A DNA stretch of 31,564 nucleotides, from NCBI GenBank assembly GCA_014728035.1, contig WJMJ01000056.1:1-31564 (forward strand), given 5' to 3'. A program made the translations under genes and the position numbers. Within the stretch, counting starts at the first letter, position 1. Every line of letters begins with the position of its first letter. This DNA comes from Promethearchaeota archaeon (lineage in GTDB: Archaea; Asgardarchaeota; Thorarchaeia; Thorarchaeales; Thorarchaeaceae). Below are positions 1 through 8,316 of this stretch, in pieces. The notes beneath the pieces were generated by a model. It ran no database searches. It was given only the letters and a program-made list of their open reading frames with translations, and was not told where the DNA came from.

Positions 1-263
1 GGAAGAGCACCAGTATGATCTGGCTCCATATGATTTAGAATAATGTAGTCTATCTTTGATGGGTCTATGATTTCACGGATATTTTCCAACCATTCTTCTG
101 TCCATGGTTCCTTTACTGTTTCAATCAGTGTTACTTTCTCATCTATAATGAGGTAACTATTGTAAGAAACTCCATGTGGCAAAGCCCAAAGATTTTCAAA
201 TAACTCTGTGTGATAATCATCAACGCCTACATAATAGACTCCGTCTGCTATCTCTCTATGCAT
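1..263 (-). CDS. fprA: Flavodiiron protein (FprA/NorV family, A-type flavoprotein), N-terminal part; runs off the window edge
   Basis: Not in the ORF track. Manual translation from ATG at 263: MHREIADGVYYVGVDDYHTELFENLWALPHGVSYNSYLIIDEKVTLIETVKEPWTEEWLENIREIIDPSKIDYIILNHMEPDHTGAL. GVSYNSYLI and the diiron H-x-E-x-D-H motif (NHMEPDH) are diagnostic. Confidence 0.93.
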   Translation of the reverse strand, partial: MHREIADGVYYVGVDDYHTELFENLWALPHGVSYNSYLIIDEKVTLIETVKEPWTEEWLENIREIIDPSKIDYIILNHMEPDHTGAL

Positions 264-334
264 ATTGTTTTCCGTCCAATGGCTATATCTTGTGATTTCC
301 GCTGTTTTTCAACAATATAAGGTCTATCTTATGC

Positions 335-373
335 AAAAGAAAAGTGAGAATGAAGAGAAACTGACTCTCTTCA
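335..373 (-). terminator. Hairpin plus U-rich tract after the nitrilase gene
   Basis: Perfect 8-bp stem TGAAGAGA (351-358)/TCTCTTCA (366-373), followed on the minus strand by TTCTCACTTTTCTTTT; lies just past the stop at 382. Confidence 0.55.
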
Positions 374-381
374 CTAGGATA

Positions 382-1248
382 TTAGAGATCGGTAATTTGG
401 TCATAGGTTTCAGGTCGACGGTCTCTGAAGAACGGCCAATAATTCCTTACTTCTCTACACATATCTAAATCGATATCTGCAATAACAATCTCATCTTTCT
501 CGCGAGACCCTTGTGCTAAGATATTGCCTTTTGGATCAACTACATAGGAACTTCCATAAAATGTACCAAATCCCCATGGTTCATCACCAACACGATTGTT
601 AGCAGCTACAAAATATCCATTTGCTACAGCATGAGCGGATTGTTCGAGGGTCCAAAGATGGTCTGAGTGACCGGAGGTAGTAGCTGATGGATTGAAAACA
701 ATCTCTGCTCCTTTGAGACCTAGAATTCTTGCCCCCTCAGGAAAATGTCTATCATAACATGTATAGACTGCAATCTTTCCGTATTTGGTTTCAAAAATGG
801 GATATCCAATGTTGCTGGGACGGAAATAGAATTTCTCCCAATATCCTTTAGGCTGGTGGGGAATATGATTTTTGCGATACTTCCCCAAAATCGTACCTTT
901 TTCATCAATGATAACGGTTGTATTGTACAAGAAGCCTGGTTGTTCTTCTTCATACATTGGCACGACCAGAATCATATTCTGTTTTTTTGCAAGCTTGCTC
1001 ATTCTCTCAGTAAGTGGACCAGGAATCGACTCTGCATAGTCGTACCAGCGGGTATCTTGTTCAGCGCAAAAATAGGGCCCAAAGAATAATTCTTGAAATC
1101 CGAGAATATTTACTTTCTTATCAGCAGCTTCAGCTGTAAGGCGTTCATGCTTCTGAATCATCTTCTCTATACCTTCATCAATGGCATCCTTGGTAGAAAT
1201 ATCACCTTGCCAACTGGCTTGAGTAACTCCAATACGAACAGGTCTCAT
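382..1248 (-). CDS. Nitrilase-superfamily N-carbamoyl amidohydrolase, beta-ureidopropionase-like
   Basis: Glu-Lys-Cys triad motifs FQELF, KYRKNHIP, TCYDRHFPE. FNPSAT, HAVANGYFV and FRDRRPETY are typical of beta-ureidopropionase/N-carbamoylputrescine amidase branches. Confidence 0.88.
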   Translation of the reverse strand: MRPVRIGVTQASWQGDISTKDAIDEGIEKMIQKHERLTAEAADKKVNILGFQELFFGPYFCAEQDTRWYDYAESIPGPLTERMSKLAKKQNMILVVPMYEEEQPGFLYNTTVIIDEKGTILGKYRKNHIPHQPKGYWEKFYFRPSNIGYPIFETKYGKIAVYTCYDRHFPEGARILGLKGAEIVFNPSATTSGHSDHLWTLEQSAHAVANGYFVAANNRVGDEPWGFGTFYGSSYVVDPKGNILAQGSREKDEIVIADIDLDMCREVRNYWPFFRDRRPETYDQITDL

Positions 1249-1380
1249 AATTAATTACCTCGCAAGTAGATAGGTCTAATCTTTCTCATTGTTATAGTTT
1301 TCCAAACAGACCTACGCCTGTAAATCCAAAATTTGTACATAACTGAAAGAACTATAGAGGGGTTATGTACTATCAAAACT

Positions 1381-2415
1381 ATGACACTCTATGGAAGAGA
1401 CCTATTATGTACTCAAGACTGGACTGTTGAAGAACTTGAGAAAACACTCAAGTTAAGTGTCGAGTTTAAAGAGAAGAGATATAATCATCCATTGAATAAT
1501 TGTCTGGACCGAAGAACGTTCTTCATGTTCTTCTACAATCCAAGTGTACGGACAAGACAATCATTTGAATGTGCGGCTACGGAACTTGGTGGCCATGCCC
1601 AATTTCTAGAACCAAAGACAATGCGCCTAAAATCTGCAAAGACTGCGGGTGAGAGTGTTGCAGATGCTGCTAATGTTATGAGTCGTTATGCTTCAGGAAT
1701 CGGAATTCGTATTCTTGAAACCGCAATCGAAGAATATGGTCAAGGTCATGAATTACTTGAACAATATGCTGAGCATGCATCTGTTCCTATCATAAGTATG
1801 GCTCATGACAAGTATCATCCCTGTCAGGGACTCGCAGATGTCATGGGTATGCGTTCTCGTTTGGGTCAGGATTTGAAGGGGAAAAAGATTCTTCAAGTCT
1901 GGGCAAAAGGTGCTTTGGTACGATCATGGTGTTCTGTACAAGAAAGTATTCTAATCAACTCTCGTCTTGGAATGGATGTTACACTAGCTTATCCTCCAGG
2001 GTATGATTTGGATCCTGATGTCTACAAGATGTGTGAGGAAAATGCTGAACAAGCTGGAGGAAACTTCGAGATTGTACATGACCTTGAAGAAGCTTACAAA
2101 GATGCTGATGTTGTTTATTCTAGAAATTGGATGACTGCGGGCTTCTACGAAGATGCAATGAAAAGAGGAATTGAAGCAGCAAAGGAGAAAGAAATTGAAC
2201 TTGCGTCTAAGCACAATCAATGGACAACAACTGATGAGTGGATGTCACATACTAACGATGCTATCTTCACCCATTGTGGTCCAGTTGATAGAGGAGCTGA
2301 GGTCACTGATAAAATATGTGATGGTCCACGTTCAATTGTCTATGATGTTGCGGAGAATAGACTTCATGTTCAGAAAGCTATAATGGCTTTGACAATGGGA
2401 GCTAAGAATCAGTAA
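1381..2415 (+). CDS. Ornithine carbamoyltransferase-superfamily enzyme resembling N-acyl-ornithine (AOTCase)/YgeW-type transcarbamylases
   Basis: FYNPSVRTRQSFE (carbamoyl-phosphate motif SxRT), HPCQGLAD, MDVTLAYPPGY, DVVYSRNW, HCGP (usually HCLP), AENRLHVQKA. ATG 1381 preferred over TTG 1333. Confidence 0.85.
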   Translation: MTLYGRDLLCTQDWTVEELEKTLKLSVEFKEKRYNHPLNNCLDRRTFFMFFYNPSVRTRQSFECAATELGGHAQFLEPKTMRLKSAKTAGESVADAANVMSRYASGIGIRILETAIEEYGQGHELLEQYAEHASVPIISMAHDKYHPCQGLADVMGMRSRLGQDLKGKKILQVWAKGALVRSWCSVQESILINSRLGMDVTLAYPPGYDLDPDVYKMCEENAEQAGGNFEIVHDLEEAYKDADVVYSRNWMTAGFYEDAMKRGIEAAKEKEIELASKHNQWTTTDEWMSHTNDAIFTHCGPVDRGAEVTDKICDGPRSIVYDVAENRLHVQKAIMALTMGAKNQ

Positions 2416-2503
2416 GTAGCCTTCAAGTATAGACTGCATGTTACATGAACACTTGTCTAGAATATCTTCAAAAGGAGTTTCAATCCCATCATCATGAAGC
2501 CTC

Positions 2504-3373
2504 TTGACTGACATAGACGTGACATCTGTTACATCCGAAACTCTGAAAGATTGGGTTTTAGCATATAACTTGGGGTCAAAAAGTAGGTCAACAAAGGGCT
2601 CACTCGATGAGATTGATCTGAAGAACCTTATTGATCATAGTATTGTCTCTGTTGATGAACTTCAGCTAGGTTATAACGGTATCACACCAAAAGCTGCTGT
2701 TCGTCTTCGATTTTCTGAAGATGGTACTGCATTTCTTCATGACATCTCTGTTCGTAGTGGTGGTAGAAAAACACTCTATCATCTACTCGATGGTGTTTTG
2801 TTACAATGTAGAAATAATGGTGTATCTCGTTTGTCAACATGGACTACAGCTTCAGCTGCACATACTAGTGATGTCCTGTTTAATTTCGTATTTGACCTTA
2901 ATTGGATAAATGTGCAACTAACAAGTAATTTACTTGGGATTAACCCTCTTTCTTCGGATTTGCTACTACCATCAGAATTTCATATTGAGCAAGAAAGGAA
3001 CAAAATAGTATCTCATTGTTCAGTTTCAGTTTTAGATAACGAATTAGATACTCTCTCAAAGCGATTCAATAACACAATACACGAAATTTTCAGGTTATAT
3101 CACGAGAGTTCTACAGATCCCATCGTTATTGGAACAACTGAAAAAGGGATGCATGCAAAAGGTTGGCTTGTGTTTGATAATATCTCACGAGACCATGATA
3201 TTTTGCAACACTCTGAAATTTTAGCTCTCTTATTGAAATTGATGGCAAAAGAACAAGTCACTGAAGTACGGACTGAAATAGACACTGCTTCACCTATTAG
3301 AAAACTTCTAGAGGAATTGGGAATGCAACCAACTTTGACTCTTTATAACCTGATTTTTGATATCTACTACTGA
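2504..3373 (+). CDS. Hypothetical protein, possibly two degenerate GNAT-like domains
   Basis: 289-aa ORF. LLDGVLLQCRNNGVSRLSTWT and LLLKLMAKEQVTEVRTEIDTASPIRKLLEELGM resemble GNAT C-terminal helix/strand patterns, but there is no clean R/QxxGxG/A loop. Confidence 0.45.
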   Translation: MTDIDVTSVTSETLKDWVLAYNLGSKSRSTKGSLDEIDLKNLIDHSIVSVDELQLGYNGITPKAAVRLRFSEDGTAFLHDISVRSGGRKTLYHLLDGVLLQCRNNGVSRLSTWTTASAAHTSDVLFNFVFDLNWINVQLTSNLLGINPLSSDLLLPSEFHIEQERNKIVSHCSVSVLDNELDTLSKRFNNTIHEIFRLYHESSTDPIVIGTTEKGMHAKGWLVFDNISRDHDILQHSEILALLLKLMAKEQVTEVRTEIDTASPIRKLLEELGMQPTLTLYNLIFDIYY

Positions 3374-3473
3374 TGTTTTCTAATAGCACAATTAATTTTG
3401 ATAATTGGCGCCACAAAAAAACCGCGGATGATAACTAGAAAAGATAGATATACTACCATTGAAAGATTCATTT

Positions 3474-3621
3474 TGTGTCCAAAGCCGGGAGGATGACACA
3501 CGGGCAATGACTAGTTCTTGTCCATGGTTCGCAGCGTTTCGATTATATTAGGAAGGATGTGACCAAGCGTTGCTACAAACTTGGTAGCAGGAATACCCAG
3601 GTGGGCGATTACTCGCTCACC
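3474..3621 (+). ncRNA. Candidate structured non-coding RNA with five consecutive stem-loops; family unknown
   Basis: Stems TGTGTC/GACACA, GGGCAA/TTGTCC, TGGTTCGCA/TGTGACCA, TGCTAC/GTAGCA, GGTGGGCGA/TCGCTCACC. G-U pairs favour the + strand. Lies between convergent genes, with an AT-rich promoter-like GAAAAGATAGATATAC at about 3438-3453. Confidence 0.5.
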
Positions 3622-3629
3622 CCCTACCC

Positions 3630-4718
3630 CTACTCTTCTTTAATTTCTTCATATCGATGGCAACGAATCCAATGTCTGGGTTCTACTTCTCTATTTTCAG
3701 GAACTTCTATTTTGCATCGTTCAACCGCAAAACTACATCGAGGATGAAACGGACAACCTGATGGCAACTCTGTTAGATCTGGAGGGTCTCCTGGTATTCC
3801 TCTAAGCCGTGGTTTCTTTCCTCCAGCTTTCATTCGCATCATAGCTATTGTTGGGAAAGAACTCATCAAGCCCATTGTGTACGGATGTCCTGGATGATGA
3901 AACATCTGAACTGCATCTCCTACCTCCATAAGTTTTCCAGCATACATTACAGCTACCCGGTCAGCAAGCTCAGCGATTACTCCTGCATCATGACTTATTA
4001 ACATCAAAGAAACCTTGAACTCATCACGTACCATTCTAAGTACATTGATAATTTGTCTTTGGATAGTAACATCTAACGCAGAAGTTGGTTCGTCAGCAAT
4101 TACTAGATACGGGCCTGAAATCAGGGACATTGCGATGAGAATTCTTTGAGCTTCACCTCCCGAAAAACTACTCGGGTCTAAGACAAATCTAAAACCTGAA
4201 TCTGCAATCCTAACTAGATTAAGGTATTCCAATACTCTCTTTTTCAGCTCAATAAGACGCACATCTTCATCATGAATCTCGATTGGTTCTCCTGTCTGAT
4301 AACCAACACTATATTGCGGATTGAGGGCATGAGTCAATCCTTGAGGAATCATCGAAATCTGCTTTCCTCGAATCTCTACTAGTTTCTCATCATCGAGAGT
4401 GGTTAAATCCATTCCTTTGAAAATGACACTACCACGAACTCCAGGACGGTCTCCTTCGTCATCAAGTCCCATTTCATATTTTTTCCTTAATCTCGGATCT
4501 TTGGATGAACCTGCTGCATACTTCGCCACACGGTCAAATAGTCCGATTATTGCTAAAGCTAAAGAAGATTTTCCGCACCCACTTTCACCTAAAACCCCTA
4601 GGCATTCTCCTTTCTTGATATCGAAAGAAATACCATCAACCGCTTTTACGTATCCCTTTTTGGATACAAAGTATGCCTTCAGGTCTTCAACAGATAATAG
4701 TGTTTCATTCTCAGACAT
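3630..4718 (-). CDS. OppD/DppD-family peptide/nickel ABC ATP-binding protein (canonical motifs)
   Basis: Walker A GESGCGKS, Q-loop MIPQ, signature FSGGEAQR, Walker B IADEPTSALD, H-loop ISHD, C-terminal HPYT...GCPFHPRC..C..C domain. Start at MSENET (4718) avoids overlap with the divergent gene. Confidence 0.92.
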   Translation of the reverse strand: MSENETLLSVEDLKAYFVSKKGYVKAVDGISFDIKKGECLGVLGESGCGKSSLALAIIGLFDRVAKYAAGSSKDPRLRKKYEMGLDDEGDRPGVRGSVIFKGMDLTTLDDEKLVEIRGKQISMIPQGLTHALNPQYSVGYQTGEPIEIHDEDVRLIELKKRVLEYLNLVRIADSGFRFVLDPSSFSGGEAQRILIAMSLISGPYLVIADEPTSALDVTIQRQIINVLRMVRDEFKVSLMLISHDAGVIAELADRVAVMYAGKLMEVGDAVQMFHHPGHPYTMGLMSSFPTIAMMRMKAGGKKPRLRGIPGDPPDLTELPSGCPFHPRCSFAVERCKIEVPENREVEPRHWIRCHRYEEIKEE

Positions 4719-4828
4719 GCTGGTCACATTGGAGAAAGCTATACTGAAGCTATTAAGTAGTACCATTTGTGCTTGATAGAACCAGAAAGTTATTTTTTCA
4801 TGGTTGAATCTATCCATAGGTTTTGTCA

Positions 4829-5950
4829 ATGATATCACAAAAGGTATTTTTTTCAGATCGAGTCACGGATTCCAGCTACAACATGTTGGATAAGTTGGAA
4901 CACGTGTTCCAAGAATTAAATCTTGACCTATCTATTGTTGATGGTGAAAAGGTCATGATCAAGACTCATATGGGTCTCTATGGAAATACAAACTACATCC
5001 GTCCAGCTTATGTACGAAAACTTGTGGATGTTGTGAGAAATGCAGGTGGAATCCCCTTTGTTGCTGACACATGCAGTTTAGGATACGGAACTAGTCGTCC
5101 ATATGGAGGTAGAACAACAGCTCAAGATTACTATATGAGAGCTATTCTTAATGGATACACTCAAGCGACAGTAGGTGCTCCAATCATTTTTGCTGATGGA
5201 TATTGGGGCTCTGATTTCTTAGAAGTTCCAATAGACGGTGAATATCTAACCTCTGTTCCAGTTCCTTCAGCAGTGTTTGATTGTGACAAAGTGATTGTTC
5301 TCAGTCATGCGAAATTTCATCATATTGGTATTGCTAGTGCATTGAAGAACATGGGTGTTGGCTTGGTTGCCAAAAAAGGTAAGACTGCAGTCCATTCACC
5401 AAAAGGACTTGAAATCTATCCGGGAAAATGCAAAGGGTCTGATTGTTCTCGGTGTGTAACTGTTTGTCCTGTTCGATGCATCACAGTTTCTGACTCGGTT
5501 TCAATTGATATGAGTAAGTGTATCCAATGCGGTCATTGTTCAAGTATATGTTCTGGAAAAGTCAAAGCAGGTGCTCTAAAAGTCACTTGGGCAGGTGTTA
5601 ATATGGCTGAGAAGATTGTTGAGAATACATTGGGAGTCCTAAAATCCATTGGCCATGAAAGATTTTATTTCATCAACCTCGCAATAGATATCTCTGATAT
5701 GTGTGACTGTGTTTGTTATGGCGCTCCACTTCTCATGCATGATTTGGGTATTTTCGGTTCCAGAGATCCTGTTGTAGTTGATGCAGCTACTGCTGATACA
5801 ATGAAATCAAGATTATCGAATGGGTCCAATCCAAATTTTGCACGTGTACAAGAACTTGTTGAAAAATCAAGTGTGTTCTTTGAACACGCAAAAAAGATTG
5901 GGCTCAGTACAGGCAAGTACGATTTAGTGCAAATCTCAAATTCTAGTTGA
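4829..5950 (+). CDS. DUF362-domain iron-sulfur protein with an inserted 2x[4Fe-4S] ferredoxin domain
   Basis: IKTHMG, YIRPAY, LSHAKFH..ALKNMGVG, INLAIDISDMCDC, DLGIFGSRDPVVVD; ferredoxin motifs CKGSDCSRCVTVCP and CIQCGHCSSIC. Confidence 0.85.
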   Translation: MISQKVFFSDRVTDSSYNMLDKLEHVFQELNLDLSIVDGEKVMIKTHMGLYGNTNYIRPAYVRKLVDVVRNAGGIPFVADTCSLGYGTSRPYGGRTTAQDYYMRAILNGYTQATVGAPIIFADGYWGSDFLEVPIDGEYLTSVPVPSAVFDCDKVIVLSHAKFHHIGIASALKNMGVGLVAKKGKTAVHSPKGLEIYPGKCKGSDCSRCVTVCPVRCITVSDSVSIDMSKCIQCGHCSSICSGKVKAGALKVTWAGVNMAEKIVENTLGVLKSIGHERFYFINLAIDISDMCDCVCYGAPLLMHDLGIFGSRDPVVVDAATADTMKSRLSNGSNPNFARVQELVEKSSVFFEHAKKIGLSTGKYDLVQISNSS

Positions 5951-6091
5951 TCTTTCATTCGATACAAATAGAATATTGTACCTCCCAGTTGGATGATTAT
6001 GAATATTTGCTACAGAAATCCATAGAACAAAATCAGAATTACTCCAAACTTAATTAGGGGGTTTTAATTAAACAATGTCGGAGACCGTGTT

Positions 6092-7144
6092 ATGCCACCT
6101 GTAGGACCTGGACTCATTCGTGATATGATATTAGCACTTGATGCTGGAGCAGTTTTCTATAGTATTCTGTATATGGGAATTCTCTTTAACAGGTGGTTTC
6201 GTGACCGAGTAAGAAAAGAGAGTGATATTCGTTATATATGGAGTCTGTTCTTTTTCGGTCTGCTTGGAAATATAAGTACATTCGCCATAACCCGATTATA
6301 CCCGTTAGAACTGTACATGTATGATTTGTTGATTCGGATAGGATACATTTCTCTTATAATGGCTGGTACATCTATTTTTGTTGTACTGGAAAAAATATCG
6401 AATTTCAAGAGTAAGAATATCTTTAGCAAATCGTTTACGATTCTCTCTCTCGTTACAATAATATTACCCCTTGAGTTGATGGGACTGCTTGCTCTTTTTG
6501 TTTCTGTGCTAGCAATCTCAGGATTATTCTATTTCATCAACCTATCAATGAAGAGAATAAGTGGAAACGTAAGGAAGAATTTAGATCGTATCTTCCTGGC
6601 GATATTTCTTGGATTTCTAGGCTATGTTTTCCGGATAGAACCATTTGTTGAGCTATTTGGATATGAAATCTATATCATTGGAGGCTTTCTGGTACTGGCG
6701 TGTCTCATATTATTGGGTGAAGGGATATTGGATTCTCCTGCTCTAGACGAACTCGATTGGCAGAAGCATCTAGTGGAATTGTATGTGACACATAAGAGTG
6801 GATCTCTTGTTTATCATCATTCATTTATTGATAGTGATGTCAGTAGAAGCGCTTTGAAGGCTGCAAGTATTTCTGGTGCTCAATCTCTTTTTCAGGAGAT
6901 AACATCAAGCGATTCAAAATTTGATATACTCTCTCTTGGTGACCGGCATATTCTATTCGCTCATGAGAGTAATTTCACTGTGGTCTTAGTATCTAGTCAA
7001 CCGTATAGTATCCTTCTAAGTAAAGTCCAGGAATTCGCAAAAAATTTTCAGTTGGTCTATGGTCCTGCTATCGATAACTTTCGTAGTCGAATCACTGAGT
7101 TTCAATCAGCATCGGACATTATAGACATAGTTTTTCTGTCATAA
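6092..7144 (+). CDS. About 7-TM membrane protein with a C-terminal longin-like domain
   Basis: Seven hydrophobic segments in the first ~215 aa, then a soluble ~125-aa domain with a longin-type pattern (LVELYVTHKSGSLVYHHSF, ISGAQSLFQEI, GDRHILF, FTVVLVS, LLSKVQEFAKNFQLVY). Confidence 0.72.
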   Translation: MPPVGPGLIRDMILALDAGAVFYSILYMGILFNRWFRDRVRKESDIRYIWSLFFFGLLGNISTFAITRLYPLELYMYDLLIRIGYISLIMAGTSIFVVLEKISNFKSKNIFSKSFTILSLVTIILPLELMGLLALFVSVLAISGLFYFINLSMKRISGNVRKNLDRIFLAIFLGFLGYVFRIEPFVELFGYEIYIIGGFLVLACLILLGEGILDSPALDELDWQKHLVELYVTHKSGSLVYHHSFIDSDVSRSALKAASISGAQSLFQEITSSDSKFDILSLGDRHILFAHESNFTVVLVSSQPYSILLSKVQEFAKNFQLVYGPAIDNFRSRITEFQSASDIIDIVFLS

Positions 7145-8266
7145 CTCGAATTCCGGCAACTCTTCAAATCTATGACACATAACCCAATGACCTTTTTCGA
7201 CTTCTCGATAGTCTGGTTTTATCTCTCTGCATTTCTCTACAACATACTCACATCTAGGATGGAAGGGACAACCAGATGGGAGTTCTACCATATCCGGAAC
7301 TTTACCTGGAATACCCCTTATTTTGAGACCTTTTTCACGAATCTTTCTAATCAGATGCATTGGAGGATTACTCATTATGAAAGCTCTAGTGAATGGGTGA
7401 CCAGGCCGCTTCATTACTGTAAGTGTATCTCCGAATTCTAAAAGGTGTCCTGCTGACATTACTCCTACCTTGTCTGTAGTCTGTGCAATAAGTCCTTGGT
7501 CATTGCTTATTAATAGCATAGCAAGCTCCAGTTTATCTCGAACAAGCTGGATTGCCTCCATTACCCTTTTCTGTACACCCACATCAACCGCGGTCGTGGG
7601 TTCATCAGCTATCATTAGCACTGGATTCATAATCAGTGCCATTGCAATGAGAATTCTCTGGTCTTCACCCATACTGAATTCGGAAGGTTTCAATTTCCTA
7701 CGGATGTCAACATCAGCTATCTCAACAAGGTCTAGTGCAATTAGAACTCTTCGCAATACTTCTTTTTCCCAAAGAATGTCGTCTTCATCATGGGCCCAGA
7801 GTGCTTCTGCAGTTTGAATATCAATTTCTGTATACGGATTCATCGAGGTTCTGCTTGCCTGTGGAACATAGGTAATTTCATTACCTCTAATCTTTCTGTA
7901 CTCTTTTTCATCAAGAGCTAGAAGATCTTCGCCTTTAAACCAGATATGGCCTTCCACTCCAGGTAGTTCTTCACCCATGTCTTTGGATGTCAGTTTCTTT
8001 TTGAGGGCTTTCTCTTTTAACGACCAGAGTCGTTTCATTTCATCATTTCCTCTTGCTGCGACAAACATCTTTGCTTGCTTGTTGAATACACCCATTATCG
8101 CCAATGCAATAGAGGATTTACCCGCCCCTGATTCTCCAAAAATCCCCACTGATTCACCTTTGTATATTGTAAATGAAATATCATTAACAGCTTTCAGGAG
8201 CCCTCTTGGAGTTGCATAAAAAGCTTTGAGCCCTTCGACTCGCAATATCTCTTCTCTATCTGACAT
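7139..8266 (-). CDS. Second OppD/DppD-family ABC ATP-binding protein with degenerate signature and H-loop
   Basis: Walker A GESGAGKS, Walker B IADEPTTAVD, signature FSMGEDQR, H-loop ISND, C-terminal HPFT...GCPFHPRC..C..C. Probable start MSDREE at 8266. Confidence 0.9.
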   Translation of the reverse strand: MSDREEILRVEGLKAFYATPRGLLKAVNDISFTIYKGESVGIFGESGAGKSSIALAIMGVFNKQAKMFVAARGNDEMKRLWSLKEKALKKKLTSKDMGEELPGVEGHIWFKGEDLLALDEKEYRKIRGNEITYVPQASRTSMNPYTEIDIQTAEALWAHDEDDILWEKEVLRRVLIALDLVEIADVDIRRKLKPSEFSMGEDQRILIAMALIMNPVLMIADEPTTAVDVGVQKRVMEAIQLVRDKLELAMLLISNDQGLIAQTTDKVGVMSAGHLLEFGDTLTVMKRPGHPFTRAFIMSNPPMHLIRKIREKGLKIRGIPGKVPDMVELPSGCPFHPRCEYVVEKCREIKPDYREVEKGHWVMCHRFEELPEFEL

Positions 8267-8316
8267 AATGAGAGTAATGTATTTGGTATTAAAAATACTC
8301 TCCGAACAAAGCATTT

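Noticed and set aside
1271-1314. TAGGTCT...AGACCTA inverted repeat in the divergent promoter region
   Set aside because: 7-bp arms with a 30-nt spacer; compatible with chance.
3473-3514. Tiny ORF TTG-C-P-K-P-G-G-TGA as a selenopeptide
   Set aside because: Only 13 codons, no RBS and no redox-fold context; RNA stems explain the sequence better.
3560-3633. Group II intron 3' end (hairpin followed by CCTACCCCTAC)
   Set aside because: No convincing domain V upstream, no GTGCG 5' end and no RT; the final bases overlap the neighbouring stop codon.
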